From: Lama guanicoe
Taxonomy: Eukaryota
Reading direction: 5' to 3'
Assembly (NCBI GenBank): GCA_013239625.1
Contig: MU054400.1
Coordinates: forward strand, 45,146 to 109,145
Length of the DNA stretch: 64,000 nucleotides
Both the position numbers and the translations under genes were made by a program. Positions 1 through 13,560 of the stretch are shown piece by piece. Numbering within the stretch: the first letter of the stretch is position 1; each line of letters opens with the position of its first letter. Under the pieces are notes generated by a model. That model was not told the DNA's origin. It saw only the letters and a program-made list of their open reading frames with translations, and did not search any database.

Positions 1-2097
1 ATCAATGTCAGACCAGTGTCTATCAATGTGAGATGTGTGAATGAATCTACATCAGTCCCTTCTCTTAGACAATCCAGAGAGCCCCAAGTACCAGATGTGT
101 CGTGGGCAAATGCTGCTCTATTACTTGTGACATCTTTGACCCAATGAAATGGCCATTGCATGTAGATGCCATGCTGCTGTGTCAGTCCCTGAGATGGGAG
201 TAGAGCATCGTTGCCTAAGAGCTGGGCTTAAAGTTAGACGGACTGGCATTTGAGTTCCCTCTCAAACAGTCTGGCTGTGGCTTTCCAGCTCCTAAACACA
301 TGGCTGTACCGCTTCAGGGAAAGAACGTGCTAGTCAGAAAATACGCTAGCAGTTGCCTTTCTTCTAGGAAACCAAGAAACGTGTGGGTTTATACCTCTGG
401 CTTCTGGGAACTTGATTAGCATGAGTCATCATTCTTGAGTCCAGGCAGTGCTGGAAGTGGGCGGGGTAGATGACCTCAGAAACGTGGTGGCTTCATGGAG
501 AGAGATGCTGCCCCAGGGGACCTCCAGCAGCCTGACATCCAGCCTTTTCGTGGTGATGCTCTAATTCCTAAAATCTGAGTTAGGAAAGTTCATTACCAGG
601 GATCTATTAAATGAGTTCAGGAGCTTGAGGAAACCATGCCGCTTTCTTAAAGAGTGACTGTGCACCAGGCCTGCTCTGTATGCTTACAACCACTGCAGTT
701 GCCGCCCCTCCACTCCCCTGCTCTCAGGACTTAGATGAAGTAGGGTTTGGTTGGGGTCTCTACAGGTGTCGTTTGTGAAGCCCCACTGGTGATGGTGGGT
801 TGCTGCAGGGTAGGGGACCCCCATCCAAGAAGGAGCTGAGGACTGACCTGTAAGCGGAAAGGATGAGGTCAGGAGCAAAGGGCTGGTCAGGACACCTGGT
901 TCTGAGGGGGTCCTACCCGCTTCTCCCTTTACTTTCCGGACTAATGTTTCATGACCCCACAGTGACTTTGTTTTCTCAGTGCATCTCCGGAATTATAAAT
1001 CTGAAGTTCACCAAGACTTTTTTTGAAATTCTGTTTGTATCAGCCCACAGTGATATCAAAAAACAAAAAGACTATTTCTGTTCTTTGGAGTTTGTGCTAC
1101 TGCTCACAAATGAGCTTAAAGGATGTGTCAGGTAAGCTTTCTCTTTTGGGAACTGCATATGATACTGTGCCTTCTTGGCCACTGAGCCTGGAATAGGGGA
1201 GCCTTAAAGAGGCAGGGGCTGCTCGATCAGACAGTGCCATGGCCACAGCCCCGGTCCCCCAAATCCTGACTGTTGCGTTTGGCAGTGGCTATGCACATCT
1301 GCTGAGTGAGTCATGGTCATTTTTGTGATACATCCTGAAAATTTCCAGTGTTACTTAATGAAGTTCAGGGCAACAGAAGGGCTAGATTTCAGTAGGTAGA
1401 TACTTTTTTAAATGGTGATCTAATATTGTCACATTATGAGTTAATTTCTTATTGAACCTAAATTCTGATGTTGGAAATGTACAATTTAAACCAAGTGTAA
1501 AGTTAAGAGAGTACTCTGTAGTTTGTCCTTAGTCAGAGTCACTAGAGTGCTACTCCCCACCTTGTCTTTTCCTTTTCTACCCTTACTCACCCTGCTCTGG
1601 CCCCCTTGCTTTCCCTCAGACCCACCTCAGGGCCTTTGCACATGATCTGACCCCTCCTCCAGATTGCCATAGTTTCCCCCTTCACTTCTTTCAAGGTTGT
1701 GCTCAGTTGGCTCCATCTCAGTGAGGCCTTTGATCTCCTGATACCCTTCACTCCCCGACATTCCTCACTGCCCTTGTCCTGCTTTATCCACAGAACTGGT
1801 CACAGTCTGACATTCTGTTTCCATGCTTGTTTAGTCAATCTCCCTCCAGTGAAATGGAAGCACCATGAGGGGGCTTTGTCAGTTTTATTCTAGGGCGCAT
1901 CCCTAGTGCCTAAAACAGCTCCCAACACATATTAGATGGTTAACATAATTATGTGTTGAATAAAAGAATGAAAAAAATCATACAATTTTTTCACTCAGAA
2001 GGAACTTTTTAGATCATCAACTAACCTTATGTTAGAAACTGGGAAACTGAGGCACAGAAAGGCTATATAGCTATTCAAAATGAAACTGAATCAAATG

Positions 2098-3068
2098 ATG
2101 CAACTGACAAGGGCTCAATTTTCTGAATATACAAACAGCTCATATAACTCAACAACAACAACAACAACAAAAGCCAATCCAAACATGGGCAGAAGATCTA
2201 AGTAGACATTTCTCCAAAGAAGACATACAGATGACCACAGGCACATGATGAGATGCTCAATATCACTAATTATCAGAGAAACACAAATCCCGACTACAAT
2301 GAAGTATCACCTCACACCTATCTGAATGGCCATCATTAGAAAGTCTACAGATAATAAATGCTGGAGAGAGTGTGGAGAAAAGAGAACTTTCCTACACTGT
2401 TGGTGGGAGTAAATTGGTCACTATGGAGGACAGTATGGAGGTTCCTTAAAAAACTAAAACTGGAATTACCATATGATCCAGCAATCCTACTCCTGGGCAT
2501 ATACCCAGAAAAAACTCTAATTAGAAAAGACACATGCACCCCAATGTTCACAACAGCACTATTTACAATAGCCAAGACATGGAAACAACCTAAATGTCCA
2601 TCAACACATGACTGGATATACAATGGAATACTATCCAGCCATAAAAAAGAATGAAAGAATGTAATTTGCAGCAACATGAATGGACCTAGAAGTTATCATA
2701 CTAAGTGAAGTAAGTCAGACAGAAAGACAAATATCATATATCACTTATATGTGGAATCTAAAACAAAATGGTACAAATGAACTTATTTACAAATAAGTAA
2801 GAGACTCAAAGACACAGAAAAGAAACTTACGGTTACCAAAGAGGAGGAAGGATAAATTTGGGATTAGCAGATACAAACTAAAAATAGATAGACAACAAGG
2901 TCCTAATGTATAGCACAGTGCACTACATTCAATATCTTATGTAGACTATAATGAAAAAGAATATGAAAAAGATTATATATGTATAGCTATATAACTGAAT
3001 TACTAAACCATATACCAGAAACTAACACAATATTGTAAATCAACTAAATTTCAGTTTTCAAAAAAAAA
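2098..3068 (+). mobile_element. 5'-truncated LINE-1 (ORF2 C-terminus and 3' UTR)
   Basis: ORF2-like peptide (LPYDPAILLLGIYP...TWKQPKCPS), poly(A), TSD tgaatcaaatg (2087-2097, 3069-3079). Confidence 0.9.
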
Positions 3069-4569
3069 TGAATCAAATGGAATCATTTAAAAACTGTTAC
3101 AGCCCTTTGAAAAAACTAGGAATATATGTGGTACATTCTGATCAGTTGCCCAGGATAAGACAGAACAGTAAGTGAACACAGACTGATAACTTAAAAATTT
3201 AGCAACAAGAGACAAGTTACTGTGTGATGGCAAAGTTTTCTGAAGGCAGAGTCTTGTTCATTTTTGTAGTGTAAAGTACCTTGCATTAATTGGTGCCCAG
3301 GAAAAATGTGTTGATGGATTTGGTTATATTCTTTTTTAATTACTGAAATATAGTCAGTTTATAATGTTGCGTCAATTTCTGGTATACAGCATAATGTTTC
3401 AGTCATATTCTTATAATGCCATTTCTTCTGTAAGACCCTCCTTCCTAATGCACTACTTTTTCTTCCTTCTCTTTTTCAGTCCTTCCCAAAATAAATAGTT
3501 GCTCTTATGGCTTCTCCTTTAAAAATCTTTCGGTTACAAGTATCACGTGTGAGAGATTTCTGTGTTGTTTTTGGTGTTTTTAATACTTTTATGAACAGCT
3601 AAGAATATCAAAGTGATGACTTGGCCTCTGGGAAAATTCAGAGATATTTAGTTAGTCCAGTTTCCCACATGCATCTGCATCAAATAAAGCAAAGAACTAA
3701 CATTTCTAGCTGTCTACTTTGAGAAAGAACCAAGTTAACAAGCCATGGTGGTTTGCTGGCCTGAATGGTTCTGACCTCAGTCTTGGTTATATTTACACAG
3801 ACATCCTTGGAATCTCACTTCTGACAAAAAGTTGTTTATAAGTAGCCTGGTATTTAGATACGCAGCAGTCAGTTAGGGAGTGGGACCAATTAATTTCTCT
3901 TTAAACAGAAAAAAAAAATGAAGCACAGCTGATCTTTATAGTGAACTGAAGTAAACACCAAGAGATGCAGTGATACAACTGTAACTCAGGAGCAGGAAGC
4001 CAGGAAAACTCGGGAAGAGTATATTTAGAAGTGTGAGAAGAGAGGTGGGAAAACCACGTGAAGAATGCAGAAGAAACCTCTTTCTGTTGTTTGCATAGAT
4101 TTTAAAAATCCACTTTTGTGTGTCTTTAGATATCCTAAATAAAACAATTCAGAGAGTGTGCTGTCTGTGCGTTAGACCATAGAGCAGTGATTCTCAGCTA
4201 ATTACCTGAAAGCTCTTTCAAACTATACAAACTCGCCGGGAAACTAATATCCACACTCTCCACCCACCAGAAAACTCTGTTCTCCCCACCCCATTATGCA
4301 CAGCAGTTGTGCTACTGAGGGTTATGCCTTTCCTCTGCCCCTTCCTACTGGTGCATGGAAATCCTTGATTGGCTGTAGGGCCCATTCATAGCTGTGCTCC
4401 TTTCTCTATCATAAGACAACCTAAGAGGATTCAACTCTGATGGCAGAAGCAGCTAAATCTTGGATTTATATACTCTAAAGGCTGGAAAGAGACTGGCAGA
4501 GGTGAATTTGGTTTTATCTGATCACTGGTATTTAGCTAAAGTCAGTCAACTGTTCCAAACATCTCTACA

Positions 4570-5590
4570 AATGGTTTCCTTTGCTGTGCAGAAGCTCTAA
4601 GTTAACTAGGTCCCATTTGTTTATTTTTGCTTTTGTTTCATTTGCTTTAGGAGAAAGGTCCAAAAGAACACTGCTATGACTTACGTCAAAGAGTATTTCA
4701 CCTATGTTTTCTTCTAGGCGCTTACAGTTTCCGGTTTTACATTTGACTGTTTAATCCATTTTGAGTTTATTTTCGTATATGGTGTTAGAAAATACTCAAA
4801 TTTCATTATTTTACATGTAGCTGTCCAGTTTTCCCAGCATCACTTATTGAGGAGACTGTCTTTTCTCCATTGTGTATATTCTTGCCTCCTTCATTGTAGA
4901 TTAACTGACTGTAAGTGTGTGACTTTATTTCTGGGCTCTGTATTCTGCCCCATTGATCTGTCTGTCTGTTTTTGTGCTGTTTCTGTTTTGTTATAGTCTT
5001 TAGATCCCACATATAAGTGATATCATACAGTATTTATCTTTCTCTGACTTATTTCACTAAGCATAATACCCTCCAAGTCCATCCATGATGTTAACAAATG
5101 ACAAAATTTCATTCTTTTTTATTGCTGAGTAGTATTTCCCCATATATATATACTACATCTTTATCCATTCATCTGCTGATGGATATTTAGGTTGTTTCTG
5201 TATCCTGGCTATTGTAAATAATGCTGCTGTTAACATTGGGGTGCATGTATCTTTTCAAATTAATGTTTTCATTTTCTTCGGATATATACCCAGGAGTGGA
5301 ATTACTGGATCATATGGTAGTTTTGTTTTTAGTTTTTTGAGTGCTTCCATATTGTCTTCCACGATGGCTGTACCAATTTACATTCCCACCAATGTTGTAG
5401 GAAAGTTCCCTTTTCTCCACATCCTAGCCAGCATTTGTTATTTGTGGCTTTTTTCATGATAATCATTCTGACAGGTGTGAGACTGGTTTTGATTTGCAAA
5501 ACCACCAACACTGTGGTTTGGGTTTGCATTTCTCTGATGATTAGTGGTGTTGAGCATCTCTTCATGTGCCTGTTGGCCATCTGTTATGTC
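4570..5590 (-). mobile_element. LINE-1 ORF2 fragments (rearranged)
   Basis: L1 ORF2-like peptides on - ([40 protein letters not shown]). Confidence 0.85.
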
Positions 5591-8500
5591 AACTTTATTC
5601 TCTATCTTTCTTTTGTGCATTCCTTTACATACACAGTTGTATGTGTGTCTCATATTTACATCGGTAGAAGTGATTTGCCCTTACTCTTCTGCCTCTCTTG
5701 GAATGAAGTAATCACTCCAAGCAGATTGTTAAACTCTCAACCACAAATTGTTTTCCCAAAGTTTAGCTGTCAGTCAGTTCTCTGGAATTTTGAACCACGT
5801 GGACGGTTCAGTGAATGATTATAGAACTAACTCACAGAAGTGCCTGAAGACTGTGATATGCCTAAGGAGTACTTTTTTCAACCCTACTTACAAAGGATTT
5901 TTTTTTTTCCTGCCAGAAATTTGCTTTTCTTTGGAGGGAAAAATCAGCTACATGTTCTTCCTGGTTCTACCACTTACAAGCCCTGTGCCCCCAGGCAGCC
6001 ACTTTCTTTTCAGGGCTTCCATTTTCTCATCAGAGGAATGTTTGTCATCTCTAAAGTTCCTTCCCAAAGGCTCACCATCCTCTGATTTATCTCATTGCCT
6101 CCTTAGCATCTAAGGTCGGGGTTTCCCTGGGGCATGGTGATGGGTTAAAGCCATGATGCATGGGCACAAGTGAAGGTGCCTCCCCAGGTCACCTGCAAGT
6201 GTCCTAAATTAAGGCCAAAGGTCAGTTGGCAACAACACTGTCTGTGGTGGGGGAGGATCCCCAGCACTGAACTCCCTTCACCTTTTTACTGGGAGCATAC
6301 TTCATTTGTTAAATGTCTCAGATCTACCTGCCTGGGCCTGATATTTACTGTTTATAGTGATTCACTTGAAAAATCTGTGTTCAGCACTCCCTTCGCCACT
6401 CCCTCTCTTCCATGCACAAAATGTACCTGTAAGGACTATGCCAAGCCAGCCAGCTGCTGTTTCAGGACGGGTCAGCTCTGAGAGACAGTTTCTCTACCAA
6501 GTATTTTCCTTTCCTTTCAGAATGTGAACAGACATCGTGAAGACTTTCAGAGACAGCGCAGTCTCTTTTTAGGTTTCCTTCTGTTTAAGGACTGTCCACG
6601 TGCCCCACTTGAATCTGAGGCCAGGCATGTGTCAGCAGCCCTAGAGTCCTGAACACAGGATGTTCAGCAAGGACAAGTTCTGAATGAGCTGCAGCCTCGC
6701 TGCTTAAGAGATATCATTTCCCTTCTTTACTTTTCCGAATCTCTTTTTTCCCTTTGCCTTCACACAGTACCACCTCATTCTGGGGGACAGAAAAGGCAGT
6801 GCCCTGAACAGATTTCCCTGTGCACTAACTCTTCCCTCTTCCAAAAAAGAAAATCCTGGGATAACGCTCCACCCTCTCCCAGAGAATCCTCGTCAACGCT
6901 GGTCATTCCCTCTTTTATTAGTATTGAATCGGGATTCGGTAAAACAGAAAAAAAGGCAGGAACAATGCAGGGGGAGGTGGTGGGAAAAAAAAAGGGGGGG
7001 GGATGGAAACAGTGGAGTCTGTGCTCTATGTGGTTGTGGGAAGCAGACAGCAGCATGATGCTACCTAGGTCTCCCGTACCCTGGCCAGGTGGTAGGGTTT
7101 CTAGCAGAATCACAGATCTCAGGATACCCTGGGGTCCGCATGACCCATGGAAGTACTCTAGCTTTGGGGATGGGGCGGGATTCTGGCCAGAGGAAAGGAG
7201 ATCTAGGTAGCATTCATGATGCCTGGATTCTGCTTTGGATCTGGACTGTTCCCAAGCCAGAGATCTTTCCCCTCACATCCTCCCGGGAACATGGCTGTTT
7301 GGGCTTCCTCTTGGGATTACTAAAGCACTGGGGACTCCTGTAAGGGCATCTAAAGCAAGAGTCACAGAATGAGTGAAACTGTAAAGTGGCTCTGATTTCC
7401 AGAACCCTCCAGGCTTATATGGAGGGGACCATTTCCCAATTGCCAAGCAAAACCGGTTTGGAGTTGCAAAAACACAGCCGCTGTTGCTTTCCACTGACCT
7501 GTGGCCCAGAGTGGCATGGGACACGTGACAGTCAATGCCTGGCTCAGACCACTGTGCTGAGTGACCCCTGAAAAGACAGAAAGAAAGCTCTAGTATTCAA
7601 AACTGAGTCTCGTAGGAGGATTTCTCAGGTCCATATGTCTTCTAGCTTTTTTTCAGCTCTGAGATTGATGACTTCAAGTCAGCACCACTTTCAAAACTTG
7701 TTACTACAACTAGAGTGACCGCTCCAAAGGGGCAGGTAGAAAAGGCCAGGGTTCAAAACCTAGCTTTGCCTCCTGCTGGATGTATGCCCTCAAGCAAGTT
7801 TTTACACCTCTCTGAGCTGCAGTTACCTCAGCTGTAAAATGAGAATAAAGACAGGCTTGAACTTACAGAGATATTACCAGTTACAAAGGATGGTGTAAAG
7901 CACTTGGCACATACTGATCTTAGTAATTAGTAATTGGTTCTTCTCTCTCCTAACCTCTGCAAGTAAAGTTCCCTTCATTTATATATTGAAACCACACAAT
8001 TATCTAGTTTCTAAGGAAAAAGGAGACAGACAGAGAGTGCTTTTATACCAGCCATTTTCTACAAGAGCCATATTGGTCATCCTATTTGTCCTGAAATACC
8101 AAGCTGGCTTTGTAGGGTGGTAACAGCAGCAGAAATTGCGTAAGGCTTCCAAAGTTCTGCCCAGGGCATTTGTAAGCCAGAGGGAAGCAAACTGACACAC
8201 TACTTCCTCACAGCATCAAAGCAGATACGGGTACAACTTAGCAACTGCTTTAACGTAGAAAAATTCTATGTTAATTCAGTGACTTAAGGCTTTCTAAAGA
8301 TGTGAATGGCCCACCGTGCCGGTTCAGCGAGGTTCCCACCACGTCCATAGTTTCCTGCCAGAGTTTTCTCTCTTTGGTTACCCTACCATTCCTCCAAAAC
8401 ACCTGCCAGGTTAAGTTAGCGCGCACAGGTCAGATAGTGCCCACAGGCGTGTTTGGTTTGGCCATCATAGCTGCAAATACACGCAGTAGTTTAGAAAAAT

Positions 8501-9494
8501 TTGGTTGCCAACATTTATAAATCAAGAGAGTTCATGTAGAAATCCAAATAGCCAGCCTCACTTGAAAAACTGGCTCTGTCACCACCGAGCCGGCCAGCAT
8601 TCCTGCGTGCAGCCCTCAGCTGGAGCCAAGTGGCCGCTGCCCTCTTTGACAGGCAAACACTGCCCAGGCTGCCTGGCCCCGGCACAGCCTGCTGCACGGT
8701 GGCAGGCCCCTTCCTGGCGCATGGTGGTATCTTGGTTGTGATTCCCTCCCCCCTCAACGTATACCTTCCACACCGAGCACTCCACAGTGTCCAGCAGTGA
8801 TTCTTAAACTGGACACGGGATTCCTGACTCCTCCCCCAGTCAATTCTGATTTAGTACTTCGGCGGGGGTGGTGACCTCAGGAGTCTGTTTTAATAAGAAA
8901 GGTGCCCAGGCACTTCTGTGATGTGAACCCACTCACTACCACATGCACAAGTGACTCAGAAAGACTTCTAACACGTTGATTTCAAATGTTGCAGACTGTT
9001 ACAACAAAAAACAGCTGCTTTCAAGTTCCCTCTTCCAAACTTCAAGTTTTATATAACCGCAGAATGTCATCTGCTCTGGACCTCTTACCCCCTGTCAAGC
9101 AAAACATGAGTCCAGCTCAGAGCTCTGTTCATATAGTTGGGATTTACCATGTAACATCCTTCATTTCCCTTCTTCCTCATTATCTTATGAGTGGAAAAAT
9201 ATTGGAAAGTTGAGAAATAAAAGAAGTTTGGAATTATATGCTCTTTTGGGAGGTGAATGCTAGCTTTCACGTAGCTTCACAGAGCCTATTTGATTTGCTA
9301 AGGATATCATTTTTGCATTCACTTATGTCCCATCTTCCCCCTACTCTGGAAAGATACTAAGTGATTTCCTGAAGTTGATGTGTACCATAGTTGTTAAAGA
9401 GTGCAAACACTCCTGGGAGTATATGAGGTCCAGCTTTGAGAGCAGAAATTCAGTGTTCTCTGTCCTTTTCAGAGACACGTATCCATCAGGAATC

Positions 9495-9591
9495 ATGAGC
9501 AACCCATTTGCACACCTTGCTGAGCCTTTGGATCCTGCACAACCAGGAAAGAAATTCTTCAATTTGAATAAATTGAAGGATCCAAGATATG
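9495..9591 (+). CDS. ACO1: ACO1 exon 2, first coding exon (exon starts 9473)
   Basis: Acceptor ttttcag at 9466-9472; ATG at 9495; MSNPFAHLAEPLDPAQPGKKFFNLNKLKDPRY; donor gtaggt. Confidence 0.96.
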
Positions 9592-10279
9592 GTAGGTACA
9601 TGGCTCTATGATGTAAATGCTCTGACAGCAATTGGAATATATTTGCATAATAATTAAGCTATGTAATAAATTATCCTTAAGGAGAGTTGGAAGAGGGAGG
9701 AGCAGAGAATGGCTGAATGGTCTTGGATTAGCACACAAATACGTACATACCCTTCTTACATTGCTCGTTTTCCAGGAGGTAGTAATGATTATATACGTGT
9801 AACATTTACATAACACTTAGTATAGAAAGTGTTTGTATATATATGGCTGTGCTTTGATCTTAATTACAATAATTGTAGAGAGATTATTTTCTCATTTTTT
9901 AAACACTAGGTTTCATAATACACTGTGTGTGTATTACTCTTCCTAACACATAATACAGTAAATGCTCTAGACTGATTTCATTCATGATGACTTAAGGAGA
10001 ACTCTTATTAGATTCCAAGACAAGGTAAACATTTATTATGAAAGGATTATTATATTTTATTTTTGCCTAGTCTGGGTATTTTCTGATACTGTCTCTTAAA
10101 CCCATTCAGTATCCTTATATTTTAAACTGTTGAGATCTGTTTAAATTAACCCTCTTTCCCTGTTGGAAGAATAGTGTCACACCTTGTATCAAGTTTGTAT
10201 AGAGATTGGCTTTAAAGAGCTCTTAGAAGGTGTCACATGGTTTTTGTCTGTTTGGTTATACTTTCTCCTTTACTCCTAG

Positions 10280-10448
10280 AACGCTTACCATTTTCTATCA
10301 GAGTTCTCCTGGAGGCAGCCATTCGGAACTGTGATCAATTTTTGGTGAAGAAAAATGATGTTGAAAATATCCTAAATTGGAATGTCTTGCAGCATAAGAA
10401 CATAGAAGTGCCATTTAAACCTGCCCGCGTCATCCTGCAAGACTTCAC
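10280..10448 (+). CDS. ACO1: ACO1 exon 3
   Basis: ctag|...[18 protein letters not shown]...RVILQDFT|gtgagc; 169 nt. Confidence 0.96.
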
Positions 10449-11490
10449 GTGAGCCTAATGTCATTTCACTTTCTTCTTCTCTGCCTCCCTTGTCAGCCTT
10501 TAAAGAAAGCTCTTTAAAAACAAAAATAAAAAACACGGTGACTGTATAATTTTTCACCCAATATTCCAACACTTTTGAAAGCAAAAGGGGACTGCTATCC
10601 CAGATGGCAAGAGGTAATCTCAGGCAAATCAAGATACATGCTCACTCTACCTTTCCCAGTGGCAAAGGTCATTGTCCTTGGTCTGGAATATCCTAGTCTT
10701 AAATATACTAGCAAAAGTTGAAAGAAATAGCGTGGAGTGGAGCTGTCTGGGAATCTTTTCTCCTCCACATCCTGTCACCCAGGGAGCCAGGTTTCAAACA
10801 GCTGTCCTTGGACCACGGATGTGTATCACCTGAGGGGATATTCGTAGCTCACAAGGCCTGATTTGTTACTGTTAAGCCTCAGCTCACATCCTGCTATGCC
10901 CAGGAACTGCTCCCCATCATGACCTCATTTTGAAACACTACCTTTTCATTTTTAAATGATGTTATTTTGTTCCTTCTGGAGACCAAATTTCACTTTTCTA
11001 GAGGAAGATCACCCAAATTTTATCTCTAATATAATAAAAAGGAAGGATTCAGTTAATGTAAATTTGATTCATAGCCTACTTCTCTGAATTACATCCATTC
11101 CTTTAAATGTGGTCTGAAGTTGAAGGGTGTGATCTGTATGTCTTGTCTGGGTCTTTGTCACTCCACCATGTGAATGGGGAGCAGTCATGTCAGACAAAGT
11201 TGCAGAGTTTTTAAGTGCCAGCTTTCCCATAGTTTCTCCATCTAGACCACATTGGTTTTTAACTTTAACTCAGGGATAAAACTGCATGCAGAGAGACCAC
11301 TCAGTTGTGCACTTATATGATTTCTGCTTGAGGAGATGTGTTTAGAAACTTCCACTTTTCTAACTCATCCATTGTCAGCTCCACTGATGAGACAGTCCCA
11401 CTGCCAATATTATTAGAAGCGGCAAAGCTGAAAAATCCCATGACACTTGATTAATAGATTTATTTTCTGCTTAATTCTCTCTTTTCTTAG

Positions 11491-11628
11491 GGGTGTGCCA
11501 GCTGTGGTTGACTTTGCTGCCATGCGTGATGCTGTAAAAAAGTTGGGAGGAAATCCAGAGAAAATAAACCCCATCTGTCCTGCTGATCTTGTCATTGATC
11601 ATTCCATCCAGGTTGATTTCAGCAGAAG
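11491..11628 (+). CDS. ACO1: ACO1 exon 4
   Basis: ttag|[13 protein letters not shown]...[15 protein letters not shown]|gtgaga; 138 nt. Confidence 0.96.
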
Positions 11629-12579
11629 GTGAGAGATGAGGATGAACACTTGAGGTGGAGTGTAAGTCTTTCAGTGTGTTTGTGTATGTAGTTAAATAAA
11701 AGAAGAAAATCTTTAAAAGGTATATTCAGGAAACCTCAAACTTAATATGTATTTTCCCTGAAGTTATGTTTTGGATGGGGGATGAATTTTTTTAATGTTT
11801 TTTTGTTTGTTTCCATTTACTTCTTGGGTGGGAGCAGCCTGTGTGAAAACACACACACATGGATTTCTGCCATGAGAGCTTGTTAATACAAGTACATGTT
11901 TCACTTATTTTAAATGAGTTTTGCTTTTTTTTTAAACCATGGAGCCATATTCCTTTTTGATTCCAAGTAACTGTTTCATATCTGGTGGCCATCTCTGTCT
12001 CTCCATGTAGGTTTCCAAAATGTCTGTCTTCCTGTGTTCCTTCTTCTATTGTTTGTGATATCTACTTCTCTCTTTCTGTCCAAATCCTACCAGTCCTACC
12101 AATAAAATCTCAGTGGTAGTACACAATAAGAATTTATTTCTCACACTACTACAAGTCGGTTAGGAGGTCAGCTGATCTAAGCTAAGTGCAGCTGAGCCGC
12201 TGTGCTTCATCCAGCCTGGCTGGGTTGACTACTTTACCGCACATCAGTGGGGCAGGTGGTACAGCTCCAAGAAAACAGCTAGCTAGTGATCAGAGAGGCT
12301 CAAGAAGCCAGTTGGGAACCTGCAGTTCTCTCTCGATCGGAACTGGCACTGTATCACTTCTGTTCACAATGACAGTAATCAAAGCAAGTCACAAAGTCAA
12401 GCCCAAAGTCAGGGGTGGAGGAGTAACACTCCATCTCTTGCAGAAATAGCTGCAAGATTACACAACAGGGACTTGGCTATAGGAAGGGCAATCAGGTGCT
12501 ACTAGAAAGCTGATATCCTAACGCAGAAATATAACGAAGGAAAGGCATTATCAACTTCAGATAGAACTTTAATTAGAAA

Positions 12580-13560
12580 GAAAGAATGGTTCTCCATACT
12601 ATGCTGGGAAAATTATTTGGTAGAGAGAGCAGTTCATATGAATTAAAGCATTAATATTTTCAAATTAAATAATGGAAAAATTTAGAAAAAAATTAATTAT
12701 ACATGTGTCAAATGTCTTAATTAGAAAGACCTTTCTAAATTTAGAAAGCAATAAATGAAAAAAGGGGGGAAATCTATAGATTTGACTTCAAAGTTAACAG
12801 GAGATAATTTGAAAAATATATTCAACAAAGATGACAAAGGGTTAATATCCTTAATATATAGAGTATATATAATCCTTCAAAAAAAAACAAAACAGAACAG
12901 TAAAACCCAGAAAAAAAATGGGCAAAGGAAAGCGGACATTTCACAATAAGAGGAAATGCAAATGATAAATACATAAAGCCTTTTCAACCTTACAAATAAT
13001 AAAAAAGTAAATTAAATCCTCGAGATACCATTTTCTCTTACCAACATAGTTAAGATTAGAAAATAAACATTTTTAATTATAAAGGTGTCATGAGAGAGGC
13101 ACTTTTATACACTGCTGGCAGCATTGCAAATTAGAAATGATGAAAGTAAAATGTATTAGAATCTTTAGAAATTGCCATCATCCATCTTGGAATTTCCACT
13201 TCTAACCCTACCCCTTGCAGGTATCTGAAAATCAGAAAAAGCTTAACGACTAAATAGTGCTCATTAAAGTATTATTTATAATAATGAAAACTGAGAAGCA
13301 TTCTAAATGTCTAACAAAGGAGAGTGATTTATTAAATTATAGTACATCCTTAAAGTGAATTACTAGGTAACCTTTACAGTTATATTTATGTGCTTAATGG
13401 CACTTGTAATATACTTATAGCTCAATGAACCAAAATATGTATAAACTGCATATGTGGAGTGATCTCAGCTACATGAAGAGCTAGGCAGTGATTAAAATAT
13501 TGGAAACAGAGGTGACAAACTGCTAAGTCATTATCTCTGGGACTACCATTTGTTCTTCAT
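12580..13560 (+). mobile_element. Old degraded LINE-1 3' fragment
   Basis: A-rich, with L1 phrases (gacaaagggttaatatcc; aaaaatgggcaaagg; ctaaatgtctaacaa). Confidence 0.65.

Noticed and set aside
419..1315. AP-1/NRF2-like motifs (TGAGTCA at ~422 and ~1307)
   Set aside because: Flanks do not fit the ARE spacing TGACnnnGC, and bare 7-mers are expected by chance.
1..9472. ACO1 promoter / non-coding exon 1
   Set aside because: No CpG island or convincing first exon is visible; the region looks like intron 1, with the promoter upstream of the window.
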